A stretch of DNA of 63,897 nt, counting the filler, from Trichomonas gallinae (Eukaryota): the NCBI GenBank assembly GCA_008369845.1. It is 5 parts of 5 records of this genome, joined end to end, with 100 filler letters (N's around TTAATTAATTAA, not from the genome) between each part and the next. Parts side by side here need not be neighbours in the genome. Positions count along the whole stretch, not along the records: positions 45,757 to 57,641 come from MRSU01000372.1; 4 more parts are not named here. One strand, 5' to 3'. A model generated the notes under the pieces. That model was not told the origin of the DNA and did not search any database. It worked only from the letters and a program-made list of their open reading frames with translations. Both the position numbers and the translations under genes were made by a program. Positions 46,208 to 57,222 of the stretch are shown here, piece after piece (positions within the stretch are counted from its first letter, which is position 1; the number at the start of each line of letters is the position of its first letter).

Positions 46208-48916
46208 ATGAATGCTGAATCAATTATTCCTCAATTTCCACCAGGTTACGTCAAAGAAAACGGGCGCTGCATAGACTGGGGTGTGGGAAACCTTATTACC
46301 TATGCTAGCGGTTGCGTTGTTCATTTGTCATACGTTGACGGCGACATTTTGAAGCGTCAGTGCTCAATAGAAGTTGCCCCGTACCCTGTAACATGCTTAT
46401 CTTTACATCCATCAAGGAGGCTCCTCGCTGTCGGCGATAACCAAGGCAGAACCTTTTTATGGGAATTAGATAACAGAAGATTTATTGCGTCAGCGAAATC
46501 TCCTTTTGGCAACGACAAAGCACTTTCTCTTTGCTGGAAAGACGATATTTTGATGATTTTATACGAATCTCAACACTTAATCGGCGTAAGATTTACATCT
46601 CAATATCAAAGTCAATTTTATAGAAATTTCGAACCCGTTTGGGCCGTAGAACTTTCCAATTACTTCAATAACATATCTGTTGATCCCCATTACAATTGCT
46701 TTTTATTATTCAGCGGACCGAAATCAGTTTTCAGCATTTACAAGGTAGAAAACGCATTAAAAGAACCCCAGCCATACTTTGAAACGATTCAACTTACAAA
46801 TCCTGACGAAATTCAAGATGCTCAATGGTCTCTTCACCTTCCTGGCTACGTTTTCATTGTTTTACGCGGCGAGATCATGTTTTTCCACATGGAAAGCAAA
46901 TCTTTGATGCCAATTATTACTCAGAAATCAACATCATCTGCGTTTTCGTTTATTGTTCAATTTATGAACGATTACTCACATTTACTCTCATTCCATAGAA
47001 GTGGAGCGATTTCAGTTTTTGAAAACAAGAAATTCTTTACTTTTGTTCTGAAATATGATTTTCAGCCGAAATTGCTTAATGGAATTGCAGTTGCTGCAGT
47101 AAATTCCAACTTAAGAGATGACGTCATTGCTCTTTATTATCCCAGTACAGGCTTAGCCCTTCTCGACTTAAATTCTTTCAAAATTAAAACAGTCAACCCG
47201 ATTTATCCCGCGAACATCACATCATTTGACTCCGATGGTGTTGGTTATACTTACGGAACGATCGATGGTTATGTTATATTTGGCAATTGTTTTGATTCAG
47301 AAGAATTATACCGTTATTCGGTAGGAACAGGCATGGTTAAGTATGTTTCATTCGATGCCAAGCACAGGAGAATTTATTGGCAAACAGCTGAACAAGTTGG
47401 TGTAATTAATCTTACAGATCGCAGTGTTGTTAAGTATCAGTCGAGAGTTGAAGGTGCTTTAAGATGTTTCGGCAGCCATGGTGGAGCATTCATCGTACAA
47501 CGCGATGAAAAAGCTTTGGGAGTTTTTATTAACGATAAAGAGCGTCCGTTATTGCTTTATTCTGATACATTCGATGTTGCTGTTGATGAAACGAAGTCCA
47601 ACATGAATGGAGGAAGATTCGCCGTTTTGATGAAAAATCAATCCATCAGATTCTTCAATTATGGACCGAATGGCATTACAGAAAATACAAGAGAGGGTCT
47701 TAGACCAAGAAATACCGAAGCTGATGCTGTCGCTTTCGCTTTGAATGGAGCAAATTTTGTAACTGGCTTCCAGAACGGTCTCCTTCTCTTCTTTAATCAA
47801 GAAACGAAGCAGGTTCGCAGAATTATGACTCCATTCCCCAATCTGAGGAAGTTGAAATTCATGGGAAATTATTTATACGGATTAGGTGGAGATGGACATC
47901 TTTTCGAAGTTAGCGATAGAAGTGATGAGCCAAGAATTTGTAATTATTTCGTCAACGACTTCTGTGTCATAAATGAAGAAATTATTTTGGTCAAAATGGA
48001 TGACAACGTTGTAAGATTCCTTAATATCGGGGACTGGAAGCCAATACACTACATGTCAAAGTTCATCAAGCTCCCAGACGGAAATGATCATCTCAAGAAT
48101 TTCATCGAGCAAAGGCGCCGCGGAGAAGGCCTCGAATACATGACAGAAGAAGCTAGGGACGTCTGGCAGGTCTTCAACGGCAAGCAGTCGCTCAGGCTCC
48201 AGTCGCAGGCTGGTATCGGAAAACCAGGATTCTACGAAGACTTAACATGCGAGTTACTCGAAAGGGCAGGAATAAGCTCGCCAGAAGGCCTCAACGTCAA
48301 ATTCAGGACGTACCTGTTTTCCAATAGGTTCCCTGAAGCAGCCGCAATTATTTCAGGCGACGACACAACAGATCCGAATTATCTGTACAAAGTTACATTT
48401 TCGGCCCTTTTAATCAACGTAACAGAGAAGATTGACACGCAAACAATCGCTCACCTGAAAATGTGCGCGACGGCACTTATGGCCAACCAGAAGTACAAAG
48501 ACGCAGCGGTATTGTTCAGAGTCGGCAGATTAGACAGGATGGCTGTTGACTATCTGCTCGCTGAAGGACAGATCGAGCTTGCTTTGAGGTTCATTAGGTC
48601 TGTGCTTGATGGCGACGAGAAGAAATCTGCTGTCTTCAAATATGGCGCAGACAGATACACAAAGGGATACATCGCAGTCTCCCTGCCTTTCTTCGCTGGC
48701 GCGGATGAGTATCACGCAGTTCTCGCAGCAATGATCGACATGGGATTGATCGCAGATGCTTACTTCTTGCTCCAGAAACTGAAGGAGACTAACAGACTTC
48801 GACCTATTCCTGATAACATGAAGAAGCTCGTCCCAACAATGCCACAACTCGATGAGTGCATCGCAAGCATCGAAACAAAGTTCGCGGAAATTCTCAAGAA
48901 ACTTCAGCTCGATTAA
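46208..48916 (+). CDS. WD40-repeat protein, WDR11-like
   Basis: N-terminal CIDWGVGNLITYASGCVV resembles WDR11; beta-propellers followed by a helical C-terminus (ATALMANQKYKDAAVLF). Confidence 0.7.
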   Translation: MNAESIIPQFPPGYVKENGRCIDWGVGNLITYASGCVVHLSYVDGDILKRQCSIEVAPYPVTCLSLHPSRRLLAVGDNQGRTFLWELDNRRFIASAKSPFGNDKALSLCWKDDILMILYESQHLIGVRFTSQYQSQFYRNFEPVWAVELSNYFNNISVDPHYNCFLLFSGPKSVFSIYKVENALKEPQPYFETIQLTNPDEIQDAQWSLHLPGYVFIVLRGEIMFFHMESKSLMPIITQKSTSSAFSFIVQFMNDYSHLLSFHRSGAISVFENKKFFTFVLKYDFQPKLLNGIAVAAVNSNLRDDVIALYYPSTGLALLDLNSFKIKTVNPIYPANITSFDSDGVGYTYGTIDGYVIFGNCFDSEELYRYSVGTGMVKYVSFDAKHRRIYWQTAEQVGVINLTDRSVVKYQSRVEGALRCFGSHGGAFIVQRDEKALGVFINDKERPLLLYSDTFDVAVDETKSNMNGGRFAVLMKNQSIRFFNYGPNGITENTREGLRPRNTEADAVAFALNGANFVTGFQNGLLLFFNQETKQVRRIMTPFPNLRKLKFMGNYLYGLGGDGHLFEVSDRSDEPRICNYFVNDFCVINEEIILVKMDDNVVRFLNIGDWKPIHYMSKFIKLPDGNDHLKNFIEQRRRGEGLEYMTEEARDVWQVFNGKQSLRLQSQAGIGKPGFYEDLTCELLERAGISSPEGLNVKFRTYLFSNRFPEAAAIISGDDTTDPNYLYKVTFSALLINVTEKIDTQTIAHLKMCATALMANQKYKDAAVLFRVGRLDRMAVDYLLAEGQIELALRFIRSVLDGDEKKSAVFKYGADRYTKGYIAVSLPFFAGADEYHAVLAAMIDMGLIADAYFLLQKLKETNRLRPIPDNMKKLVPTMPQLDECIASIETKFAEILKKLQLD

Positions 48917-49150
48917 ATTTATTTTATATTCTTTCTATTGTCTATAATCATTGGCATGTTTTTTTTTATTTTTTTGCAATCCATTGTATAGATCTATACA
49001 TCTTTGAAAATATTTTCCTTCCACACATCTTCAAATTGCTTTAAGGGTTAGTAGGTACTCGACATCATTTTCATCACCAAACTTTTAGACAAATAACCAG
49101 GTGACGATGAAATTTGCGAAACGAAATAACTTTGATTTGGGCTTTATATA

Positions 49151-49425
49151 ATGGTCAACGCAAAAAACAAAAACAACAATACAGCTTTGATGAATGCTTC
49201 ATACAAAGGCCATCATGAAATCGTCAAACTTCTTTTCACAGTTCCTGAAATAGATGTCAACTCAAAAATTCATTACAATGAAACAGCTTTGTTTTATGCT
49301 TCATTTTATAGTCATGATGAAGTTGAAAAATACTTCTCACAATTCCTAGAATAGATGTCGACTCAAGATATCATTGAAGTGTTGATTCTTGCTTCATAAG
49401 TTGGTGCTTTTGAAGCGTAAAAATA
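49151..49425 (+). pseudogene. Ankyrin-repeat gene remnant
   Basis: NAKNKNNNTALMNASYKGHHEIVKLL...ETALFYAS; frameshift near 49326, then ILLTIPRIDVD and in-frame stops. Confidence 0.8.
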
Positions 49426-49601
49426 TTTTTTTTATTCTCTATCTGAAACGAAGTATGATATAAGCTCAAATATTTTTTTTTTTTTGTTAGAAACTAGTTG
49501 TTCAAAAAGTTCAATAATCAAAACACATATGATAGTATTTAATGCATAATTACAAATAATATATGTTATATTACATCTATGGATATTAGTTTTGGTAGAG
49601 A

Positions 49602-50918
49602 CTAATTTTGTGCACCAGCTTCTTTTCTTTTTTGCTCTTTTCTTTGCTTCTTCCTGTCATGGGCCGTCTCTTTCCTTAAGAATCCTTCAGGATTTGATCG
49701 CTTTGAAAAGACTAAATCGCGAACTTTTAAGAAAGACTGCTCACCTGGAACAAATTCGACTGGAGCATCAACTTCGTTCGTCTTCTCGAATGTCAATAAA
49801 TGCCTGCAATATCTGCTCATTAAATCTTGCTGACAATCTGATATTAATTTCAGCGCAGGATGCTTTGGCAATTCGGTTTCAGCGTTGAAGTCATAGCCAG
49901 TAGGCAGCCAGTAGACGAGTCTTCCACCAACTTTCAAGCATTTTGCCGCAACTTCATATAATCTCAAGAGAAGTGGCAATAATGGAGATTGCGCATCGGA
50001 TCTTTGCTTTTCTCTGATTCCATAAGGTGGATCTGTGACTATTGCATCAAATTTTGGCAATCTATCAAACCTAACATTATTTGAGAGAAAATCGAACCTA
50101 AATATACCAAGAAAATGATCCAAAAGGTTATATTGTGCAAAATTAGATGGAATTGAAACACCATCTTTCTTCTCCGGGCCTTGCTGGGTCATGGATTTCA
50201 TATCAAAATCAGAACCAAGCGCATAAGCACCAAGAGAAGCTGCTGCTATCAACAAAGACCCAGACCCAACAAACGGATCATAAATAATTTTGCCTGGTCC
50301 AGCTAATCCTTGAATACACGCGTGCAAAGCTACTGATGACTCCATTGATGTTTTATTGATGAATTTGCGCTCTTTGAGCGTGTATTTATCTGGCATTTCG
50401 TAATTTCCTTGACCTATTTGAAGACCAAAATAAAATCTTTCGCTATCTACTTGAGATTTCTGCTCTGGAATACGCCTAACGTATAAAGCGATCGTATTAT
50501 CTGGATTTTTAAGATTTACACTTGATGTTAATCGAAGAGCAGGAATTATTTGATTTATCATTTTTAATTTTTCTTCATTCGCGAATTTTCTACCAAATGA
50601 TTCGATTTTGATAGCAAAACTGCCATTATTTAGACTGTGTTCAAATTTTTCAGCGAAATTCAAAATCGAATCAAAGTCTGGGGCATCGTAAAACAGCTTT
50701 GATACAGCTTTTGTAACGATAGACTTTGAAGCAAACAACTTGGCGTCTTCATCTGTATTGAATAGCAAGACAATAAACATTGATGGCGGAGGAACTCCGA
50801 TTTTTAGTGTTTCATCCTCGATTTTCATTTCTATGTTAAGTATCTGCGACAAAGCTATGAGATCTGAGATAATAAAATTCTCATTTCGCAGGCTAAGTTG
50901 AAAAACATATCTATTCAT
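49602..50918 (-). CDS. TRM11: tRNA (guanine-10-N2)-methyltransferase Trm11
   Basis: THUMP-like N-terminus, YDPFVGSGS SAM motif, DAIVTDPPYGIRE, GGRLVYWLP. Confidence 0.92.
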   Translation of the reverse strand: MNRYVFQLSLRNENFIISDLIALSQILNIEMKIEDETLKIGVPPPSMFIVLLFNTDEDAKLFASKSIVTKAVSKLFYDAPDFDSILNFAEKFEHSLNNGSFAIKIESFGRKFANEEKLKMINQIIPALRLTSSVNLKNPDNTIALYVRRIPEQKSQVDSERFYFGLQIGQGNYEMPDKYTLKERKFINKTSMESSVALHACIQGLAGPGKIIYDPFVGSGSLLIAAASLGAYALGSDFDMKSMTQQGPEKKDGVSIPSNFAQYNLLDHFLGIFRFDFLSNNVRFDRLPKFDAIVTDPPYGIREKQRSDAQSPLLPLLLRLYEVAAKCLKVGGRLVYWLPTGYDFNAETELPKHPALKLISDCQQDLMSRYCRHLLTFEKTNEVDAPVEFVPGEQSFLKVRDLVFSKRSNPEGFLRKETAHDRKKQRKEQKRKEAGAQN

Positions 50919-50936
50919 TATTGTGACTGAAAATTC

Positions 50937-51300
50937 CGACACGTAATTGTCAAAAAACCAATTTACACGTCAAAAACACCATCACTTTTCTCCAAATTTT
51001 GAATGGGTAAATTTCCGCCACGTAATTGTCAAATATAAAATTTACATGCCATATGGCAAAATTACCATATTTCAGCAACTTTCTTCCAGAACAACTCAGA
51101 AGTAGGGAGAGGGACGCTTCTCACATGGATTTGCCCCATATTCAGAATTTAAGTAGGCATACCCACAGTGATTAATTTTATAGAGGTTTAATTGCTTTCC
51201 CTTCACACAATTTTTATAAAATCGAACTTATATTAAATTGTTGATTTTTGTTCTCGAAAAAATCTGCCATGTAATTGTCAAATATTTAATTTACACGTCA
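50937..51300. promoter_or_regulatory. Three copies of a 36-nt inverted-motif module upstream of TRM11
   Basis: YG(A/C)CAYGTAATTGTCAAA-N6-ATTTACAYGYCA at 50937, 51016 and 51265, with identical 25-nt offset between the two motifs. Confidence 0.65.
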
Positions 51301-51365
51301 TATGAAAAAAACATCCAAGAACGATTTTTTCCTCACTAAATTTATTGGAATGATTAATGACAAGA

Positions 51366-53258
51366 TCATTTATTTACTAATTTATGGATAATACGCAGGA
51401 AACTGTCAATCGAGGCAATATATGAAATATCATTAGCTTTGATTGCAACAGTGACGCCAGTTGAGTTTTGCATGGCGCGCAGTGCTATTAATTGTCCGTC
51501 AGGTGTGGATACGACACTGTGAATTTCTCCACCTTCATTATCCATAGAGATACCAAACATTGTCTGTCTGAGCAGATTCTCCAGTTCATGCAGCTTTTCT
51601 TGTAGGAATAAGCGGCTCTCTTGCGTTCCTGACCATGCAAGCAAGAAATCTACATCACATGGAGAGAAAAATTGATACATTTGTATATTCACTGGTTCAA
51701 TCGTTGTCAGTTTTGTCTGTCCGTCCAATGTCGAGAATACAACGTTGAAATATATCCTTGTATCTGCAGCTCTTTTTGCAACAAGTTCAAGAGATATTTC
51801 CTCCGGTTGACTGAAATCAGACACAGGAATGGTTTTCGATCCTTCAGCAGAAAAACATTCAGCACAAGATGTTGTAATCGTTATTCCTATTATTGGCTCT
51901 TTTAGCTTCTCTTTTGCAACAATTCTCATAACTATAATAGCCATTGATTGGTTATATACATGAAATTCTACATCTTTCGCTGTAAACATACACGGAACGC
52001 TTTCAATATCATTACAATTAATATGATTTTCAGTTTTTATCACTTTTTGCTGAGCAAAAATCGATTCTAATGAACATTCATCGTATATTGAGTTATTAAC
52101 CATCTGAGATATCTCATCATCGATATTTGATATATTGTATAAAGCAGGAGCTGATAATAATGGGGTATGATCTAATGATGCTTTAATATATGCGCGTCTT
52201 GCAGGAAAATTCGACAAAAAGCAGATAAGTGTCGATTTAACATGTTTTTCTTGCTGTTGGAACAGCGTAAACCAAAGATCGTCCAATTGTGGTGAAATTT
52301 TGAAAAATCGTCTAAAAAGCAAAATTATGTCGTTATGAGAGAATCTATCAGCTAGTTTAAAAGTTGCAATGGCTAGAGTTGAATTTGGCGAAGATTTTGC
52401 AAAATCCGGATTTATTGAATCGATAACAGGAGGTAATAACTTCATTTTTAGTGCTTGAGTCGACTCTGAGTCTATTTTTGTGATTATTTCGTCCTTTGTA
52501 AAATTAAAATCTTGAGCTGAATTTTCTATCATTGTTGTTAAGCCAAATTGCGAGAGTGGATTTTCTATAATAGACAAAACATTGTTTTTAAGTATTGACT
52601 TGGTAATAAGCGCGTTATTTAATTGAATTGGATCATTTGGAACAGTATTTTCTGGATATAGTGTTTTTGGCGAATAAATCATTTTTTCTATTGGGTTCAT
52701 TGCGTAAAATCGTTGATTTACATATGATTCTATTTGATTATTATCGGATAAAGATTTTTTAATATTTAATATTTGAGTAGTTGGCGAAGAGGATTCAGAA
52801 AGCTTTACTTGGTTGAGCTGATCGAGTTTAACTAGTTTTGGATACACTTTTGCTATCTCGTAAAAGCAATTTGTTGCTGTTTGTCTTAATAAAGGAATCT
52901 GCGTTTTGTCTTTTATAATTTTCATGAGTTTATTTGTAAAATTGCTTATATTTGTTCCTTGTTTCGGTATTTGAAGCAATAATTTCGTTTCGCATGTTAA
53001 ACTTGTAATTTTTGATGATAAATGTTCTGATTCCATCATAATTGAGCATAAATTCAAAATTCTATCATATGCATCATCGCATTGCGTAAAAAATGAATAA
53101 TTTTCGACAAGATCATTTAAATAATTTTCTTTGTGAAGGATTTCTAAGTATTTGTATTGCTCTTCGACGGAGTGAAGGATGACCTCTGCGCTATGATCAA
53201 CTTTTAAGCCTCCACTAAGAGAAGAAAATGTTTCACATAAATCGTCCTTCGAAAGCAT
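51366..53258 (-). CDS. Putative AP-5 complex beta subunit (AP5B1)-like protein
   Basis: RQTATNCFYEIAKVYPKLV resembles the AP5B1 TACECLRELE..PGLL motif; C-terminal beta-sandwich and platform-like region ending VAIKANDISYIASIDSFL. Confidence 0.5.
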   Translation of the reverse strand: MLSKDDLCETFSSLSGGLKVDHSAEVILHSVEEQYKYLEILHKENYLNDLVENYSFFTQCDDAYDRILNLCSIMMESEHLSSKITSLTCETKLLLQIPKQGTNISNFTNKLMKIIKDKTQIPLLRQTATNCFYEIAKVYPKLVKLDQLNQVKLSESSSPTTQILNIKKSLSDNNQIESYVNQRFYAMNPIEKMIYSPKTLYPENTVPNDPIQLNNALITKSILKNNVLSIIENPLSQFGLTTMIENSAQDFNFTKDEIITKIDSESTQALKMKLLPPVIDSINPDFAKSSPNSTLAIATFKLADRFSHNDIILLFRRFFKISPQLDDLWFTLFQQQEKHVKSTLICFLSNFPARRAYIKASLDHTPLLSAPALYNISNIDDEISQMVNNSIYDECSLESIFAQQKVIKTENHINCNDIESVPCMFTAKDVEFHVYNQSMAIIVMRIVAKEKLKEPIIGITITTSCAECFSAEGSKTIPVSDFSQPEEISLELVAKRAADTRIYFNVVFSTLDGQTKLTTIEPVNIQMYQFFSPCDVDFLLAWSGTQESRLFLQEKLHELENLLRQTMFGISMDNEGGEIHSVVSTPDGQLIALRAMQNSTGVTVAIKANDISYIASIDSFLRIIHKLVNK

Positions 53259-53591
53259 CAAAAAATAATGAAATTATCATTAAAAACATAACCAATAAAG
53301 CAATATTTCACATATTATTTCACGAAAAAATTCATTTTTTTCGTTTCGAAAATTGGATTTCATGGAAATGTTATATTTATTGTCCATCTTTTATAATTTT
53401 TAAAGATGACATTAACATATGATGAATTAATGCTTAATCAAGTTTTGATTTTTTTATTTGAGATATTTGTCAAATATAGAAGGAGCACAGCACTAAAAGC
53501 ATACTGTGGGTACACTCTGCTTGTAAATGATTTAATAAATTTTCTGTGAATTGAGTTGTTTCATTCTAATCATATCTTTCTTCTTAATTAA

Positions 53592-53938
53592 CTATTCGAA
53601 ATATGTTATCCGCACAAATGAATGAGCGTAATCACTTTTCATATTATTATTTAGATTAATTTCACAAATTCGGAGTTGAACACATTGACCTTCGTTCGTA
53701 TAAATGCCTAAACCATCAACGTTTCCGCTCAGTTCTGTGAAAGTCACAAAATCTACTGATAACTTATTATCAACGTTATCTTCAAGGTGGATATACATCG
53801 GCCACTGATTCCAGAGAACATAACGTTATAGACATAATATGACCCGGAGACAGAATTTAATTTAGTGTTTTCGTTGTGATAGAGTGGGCCTGGTCCATCT
53901 TCAGTCCTAAAATAGTCAGTACATATCTCTATCGACAT
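53592..53938 (-). pseudogene. Frameshifted remnant of a trichomonad beta-helix-like (Pmp-like) hypothetical family
   Basis: Two overlapping short ORFs join at CGATGTATATCC into YVYNVMFSGISGRCI/YIHLED..KLSVDFVTF..GLGIY..GQCVQLRIC..HSFV. Confidence 0.5.
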
Positions 53939-54605
53939 GTGACAAAAGTTTCTTGTAAGTTAGTCTGTTAGAGCATAAAAACACAATGATCTTTCAGTTT
54001 TTCTGTCAAAGATTCTTCGTTATTTCGAAATTTCATAGAACAATCATGGGTAATAGCACATAATATTATTTTATAGCAGCCATAGTATATATTTGCCTAT
54101 GCAATCTATGATATATGATACACATGTTTCTTGATACGATCGAAATTATATGATGTTAAAAATATTTTTTTTCCCTAATGATACAAAAGTATTTAGAATA
54201 ATGAGGCATTAACATGAAAATTATTTATGTCAATGAAATTCTTTGTTTTGAAACACATTTTCAAAATTAATTAATTTCGCATTGAGCTGAATACAAACCA
54301 ATATACACTTAATATTAATTGTTTTCAAGTATTTCATGCATAAAAGCGCTTTCGTTATAAATTCAATTATATCATCAAAAGACAAGTTATATTTAAAACG
54401 CATTAATAGCATTTTGCATGAGGAAGTCAACAATTTCAAGATTTTCGATGCTTGAATATCAAATTAAAACATTAATTTGCTGGTAGACTCTTTCCATGTG
54501 ATCCATTAAAATCATATACTCTCTTTATTGTATACATTCATTTTATTCGTTACTAACCAGCTCTATAGAGTATTTTATAAATATTGAGGATGTTTTATTG
54601 ATTTC

Positions 54606-57101
54606 TTATAAAAACATTACAATAAATGGAAATAAGAATGATATTCTTATATAATAACTATTTTTAGGAGTTGCGCAGTCATAATTGCAATCCGTTGAAA
54701 ATGCAATTGGATTAATTCTTTGTTCTATGAATCTATGCCTGATATCATAGGGAGAACTGATTGATCCACACTTTTGAAGATTAGGACAACCATCGAACGC
54801 ATCGTTTCCTATTGACCGGAGACTGTTTGAACTAAAATATATCCAATTGAGTTTCTTGCAGTCTTTAAACGCCATTAGTCCGATATCTTTAATCTTGTTT
54901 CCGTAGAAAATAACTCTTATAAGATTCGGGCTGCCCATAAATGCGTATTTGCCAATGTGCTCCATTTCCTGTGGAACAACAAAAGTTTGTATATCACTAT
55001 ACGGAAGAAAAGTTATTAATCGTGTTTGGTTGTAATTAGTTAGAGCTCCATTTTCAAATCTGTATTCCTTATCATTACTATCCAAAGTCAATTTCTTCAG
55101 TAGTTTGCAATTCAAAAAGCAGCCACCATTAACTTGATTAAGATTGCTGTTAAGCGGCAAAGAAATTGAATTCAGAGATATACATGATCTAAATGCAAAG
55201 CTAAGAATTGATTGCAGAGTTGTAGGTATGTTAAAAGAATCTAACGAAACACATCCATCGAAAGCATAATCATTGATAGTAGCAGCATTTGGATGAATAT
55301 TAAGAGTTTCTAGATTCAAGCATGATGAGCAGCAATAAGATGGGATGTCGCAATATGCCGTAAATGAAGTAATTTTACTTGATGCGAAGGCTGATTCACC
55401 TATTGTCTCTATTGTACTAGGAAGATCAGCTTTCGCAATTCCAGAATATGTAAATGCGCTTGTACTGATGTTTATCATTGCAGTATTAACAAAGCCGATA
55501 TCATTCAAAGAACTGCAGCCTGAAAATGCAGACTTTCCTATTGCTTGCATCGCTTGCGGCAGAACAAAATCCTTTAAAAGAGGACAATTCATGAAGCAGT
55601 AATCAGGAATTGCAGTGAGAACTGTATTTGGTGCAAATTTTACTGTTTTTAATAATAAACAATCCTGGAATGAGCTCAGTCCCAATGAGGACAGTCCACT
55701 TGGGAAATCTATTGATGAAATAGTGGAAGATTTAAAGGCTTCATCACCAACAGAAAGTGTTGGGCTGCTAGAGAAAGAAATGCTTCCAATGTTTTTCGAT
55801 GCGAATGATCCCGCAGAAATTTTTGTGCAGGAAGATAATAATGTGATTTTTGCTGATTTGTCTGATCCAAAGTATTGCAAAAATGTCTGATTGTTATCAA
55901 TATACATCATAGGCCAGTCAATATATATTTGTGGATTCTGTGATGTAATAGTAATACTATCAATCGATTGAAAAACTCCATCTCCAATTAATGATATTTT
56001 CTCTGGAAGCGCAATTGATTTCAAAGCATTGCAGCCCATAAACGCATGATCTCTGATTGTCTGTAGTGAAGATGGAAGAATGATATTCTTTAGTTTCGTG
56101 CATAAAGCAAATGCATAGCTTTGGATCTCGGTTATTTGATCTGTGAGATAAACTGTCTCTAAATCTCCACATGCGTTAAATTGACGCCTTACAACTGCAG
56201 TTATCAAAGCTGGGAACCTGAATTCTTTGAGAGGACAGCTTGCAAAACACCATGTTCCTATTTTTGACACTTTATCATGCAGTTTTATTGCATTAATACG
56301 TCCTCCACGAAAAGCAGAACTAATGTCAGTTACGTATGAAGGAACAACAAACTCTCCTGTGATAATTGAAGAAGCATAAAGAAGCGTTGAGTTGTTGTCA
56401 TCGGTATATATAAAGTGTCCATCTGTTTTATAGACTGTATTTTCTGGATGAATTGTAAAAGTAATTTGTAATTTGGCAAAAGCTGTAGATGCTAAACTTG
56501 TCAAATTTTTCGGGATAAAGAATGAAGTAAGAAACGAGGGTGTCAGTGCATCACCACCCAGATATTGTAGTTTCGAATCATGTGATATAACGATCTCTTC
56601 TAGTGCTCCAAATCCAAAAACTCTTCCATATTCATTCATTGATGGAGCAATATATGTCACGCTGTCAGGAATCTCGATTCTTTTCAGTGATTTCGTCGAA
56701 TCAAACGCTCCATATAGTATTTCTTCTGTGTTGGGAGGCAGATGGACTGATGAAAGCAATGAACATCCTCGAAACATCGCGGAATTTATCGTTTTTAATA
56801 AATTACATCTACTTAGATCAGCACTAACAATCGATGAATATGCAAAACAATATACGCCAATTTTTGAGACTTTGCTTAACGGGGCAAATGCTACAGAGTT
56901 AAGGTTCTCTCTGCATAGAACAAATGGGCTTGTCGCATTTGAATCTCCGAGAATTGTTGTGATTTCAGCGCGGATTGTAATATCGCCGGATAAAGAACTC
57001 GCGGCCTTCTTGAGTATTGTTTTAGCTGAATCGGCATATTCATTGCCACAGGTATCTTCATATGAAGACAACTTTAATTCATAGATAATAAAAAGTGACA
57101 T
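54606..57101 (-). CDS. BspA-like (TpLRR/LRR_5) surface antigen
   Basis: Many repeats such as LKNIILPSSLQTIRDHAFMGCNAL and IGKSAFSGCSSL; hydrophobic C-terminal end. Confidence 0.95.
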   Translation of the reverse strand: MSLFIIYELKLSSYEDTCGNEYADSAKTILKKAASSLSGDITIRAEITTILGDSNATSPFVLCRENLNSVAFAPLSKVSKIGVYCFAYSSIVSADLSRCNLLKTINSAMFRGCSLLSSVHLPPNTEEILYGAFDSTKSLKRIEIPDSVTYIAPSMNEYGRVFGFGALEEIVISHDSKLQYLGGDALTPSFLTSFFIPKNLTSLASTAFAKLQITFTIHPENTVYKTDGHFIYTDDNNSTLLYASSIITGEFVVPSYVTDISSAFRGGRINAIKLHDKVSKIGTWCFASCPLKEFRFPALITAVVRRQFNACGDLETVYLTDQITEIQSYAFALCTKLKNIILPSSLQTIRDHAFMGCNALKSIALPEKISLIGDGVFQSIDSITITSQNPQIYIDWPMMYIDNNQTFLQYFGSDKSAKITLLSSCTKISAGSFASKNIGSISFSSSPTLSVGDEAFKSSTISSIDFPSGLSSLGLSSFQDCLLLKTVKFAPNTVLTAIPDYCFMNCPLLKDFVLPQAMQAIGKSAFSGCSSLNDIGFVNTAMINISTSAFTYSGIAKADLPSTIETIGESAFASSKITSFTAYCDIPSYCCSSCLNLETLNIHPNAATINDYAFDGCVSLDSFNIPTTLQSILSFAFRSCISLNSISLPLNSNLNQVNGGCFLNCKLLKKLTLDSNDKEYRFENGALTNYNQTRLITFLPYSDIQTFVVPQEMEHIGKYAFMGSPNLIRVIFYGNKIKDIGLMAFKDCKKLNWIYFSSNSLRSIGNDAFDGCPNLQKCGSISSPYDIRHRFIEQRINPIAFSTDCNYDCATPKNSYYIRISFLFPFIVMFL

Positions 57102-57222
57102 TCTCCAACATAGATAATAAAAAATGGTTTACATTAAGTCAATACCATAAAACAGCAGCCTATATATGCAATATGTTTATTTTCAATATAAAATAAGACT
57201 CCTAACTCTATTCATTCGAATA

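Noticed and set aside
51090..51172. GC-richer patch with two weak hairpins and an ACA triplet (H/ACA snoRNA candidate)
   Set aside because: No proper H box and weak pairing; cannot be supported by eye
56473..57084. 203-aa antisense ORF inside BspA (and similar antisense ORFs in other genes)
   Set aside because: No recognisable domain; expected from codon bias on the coding strand
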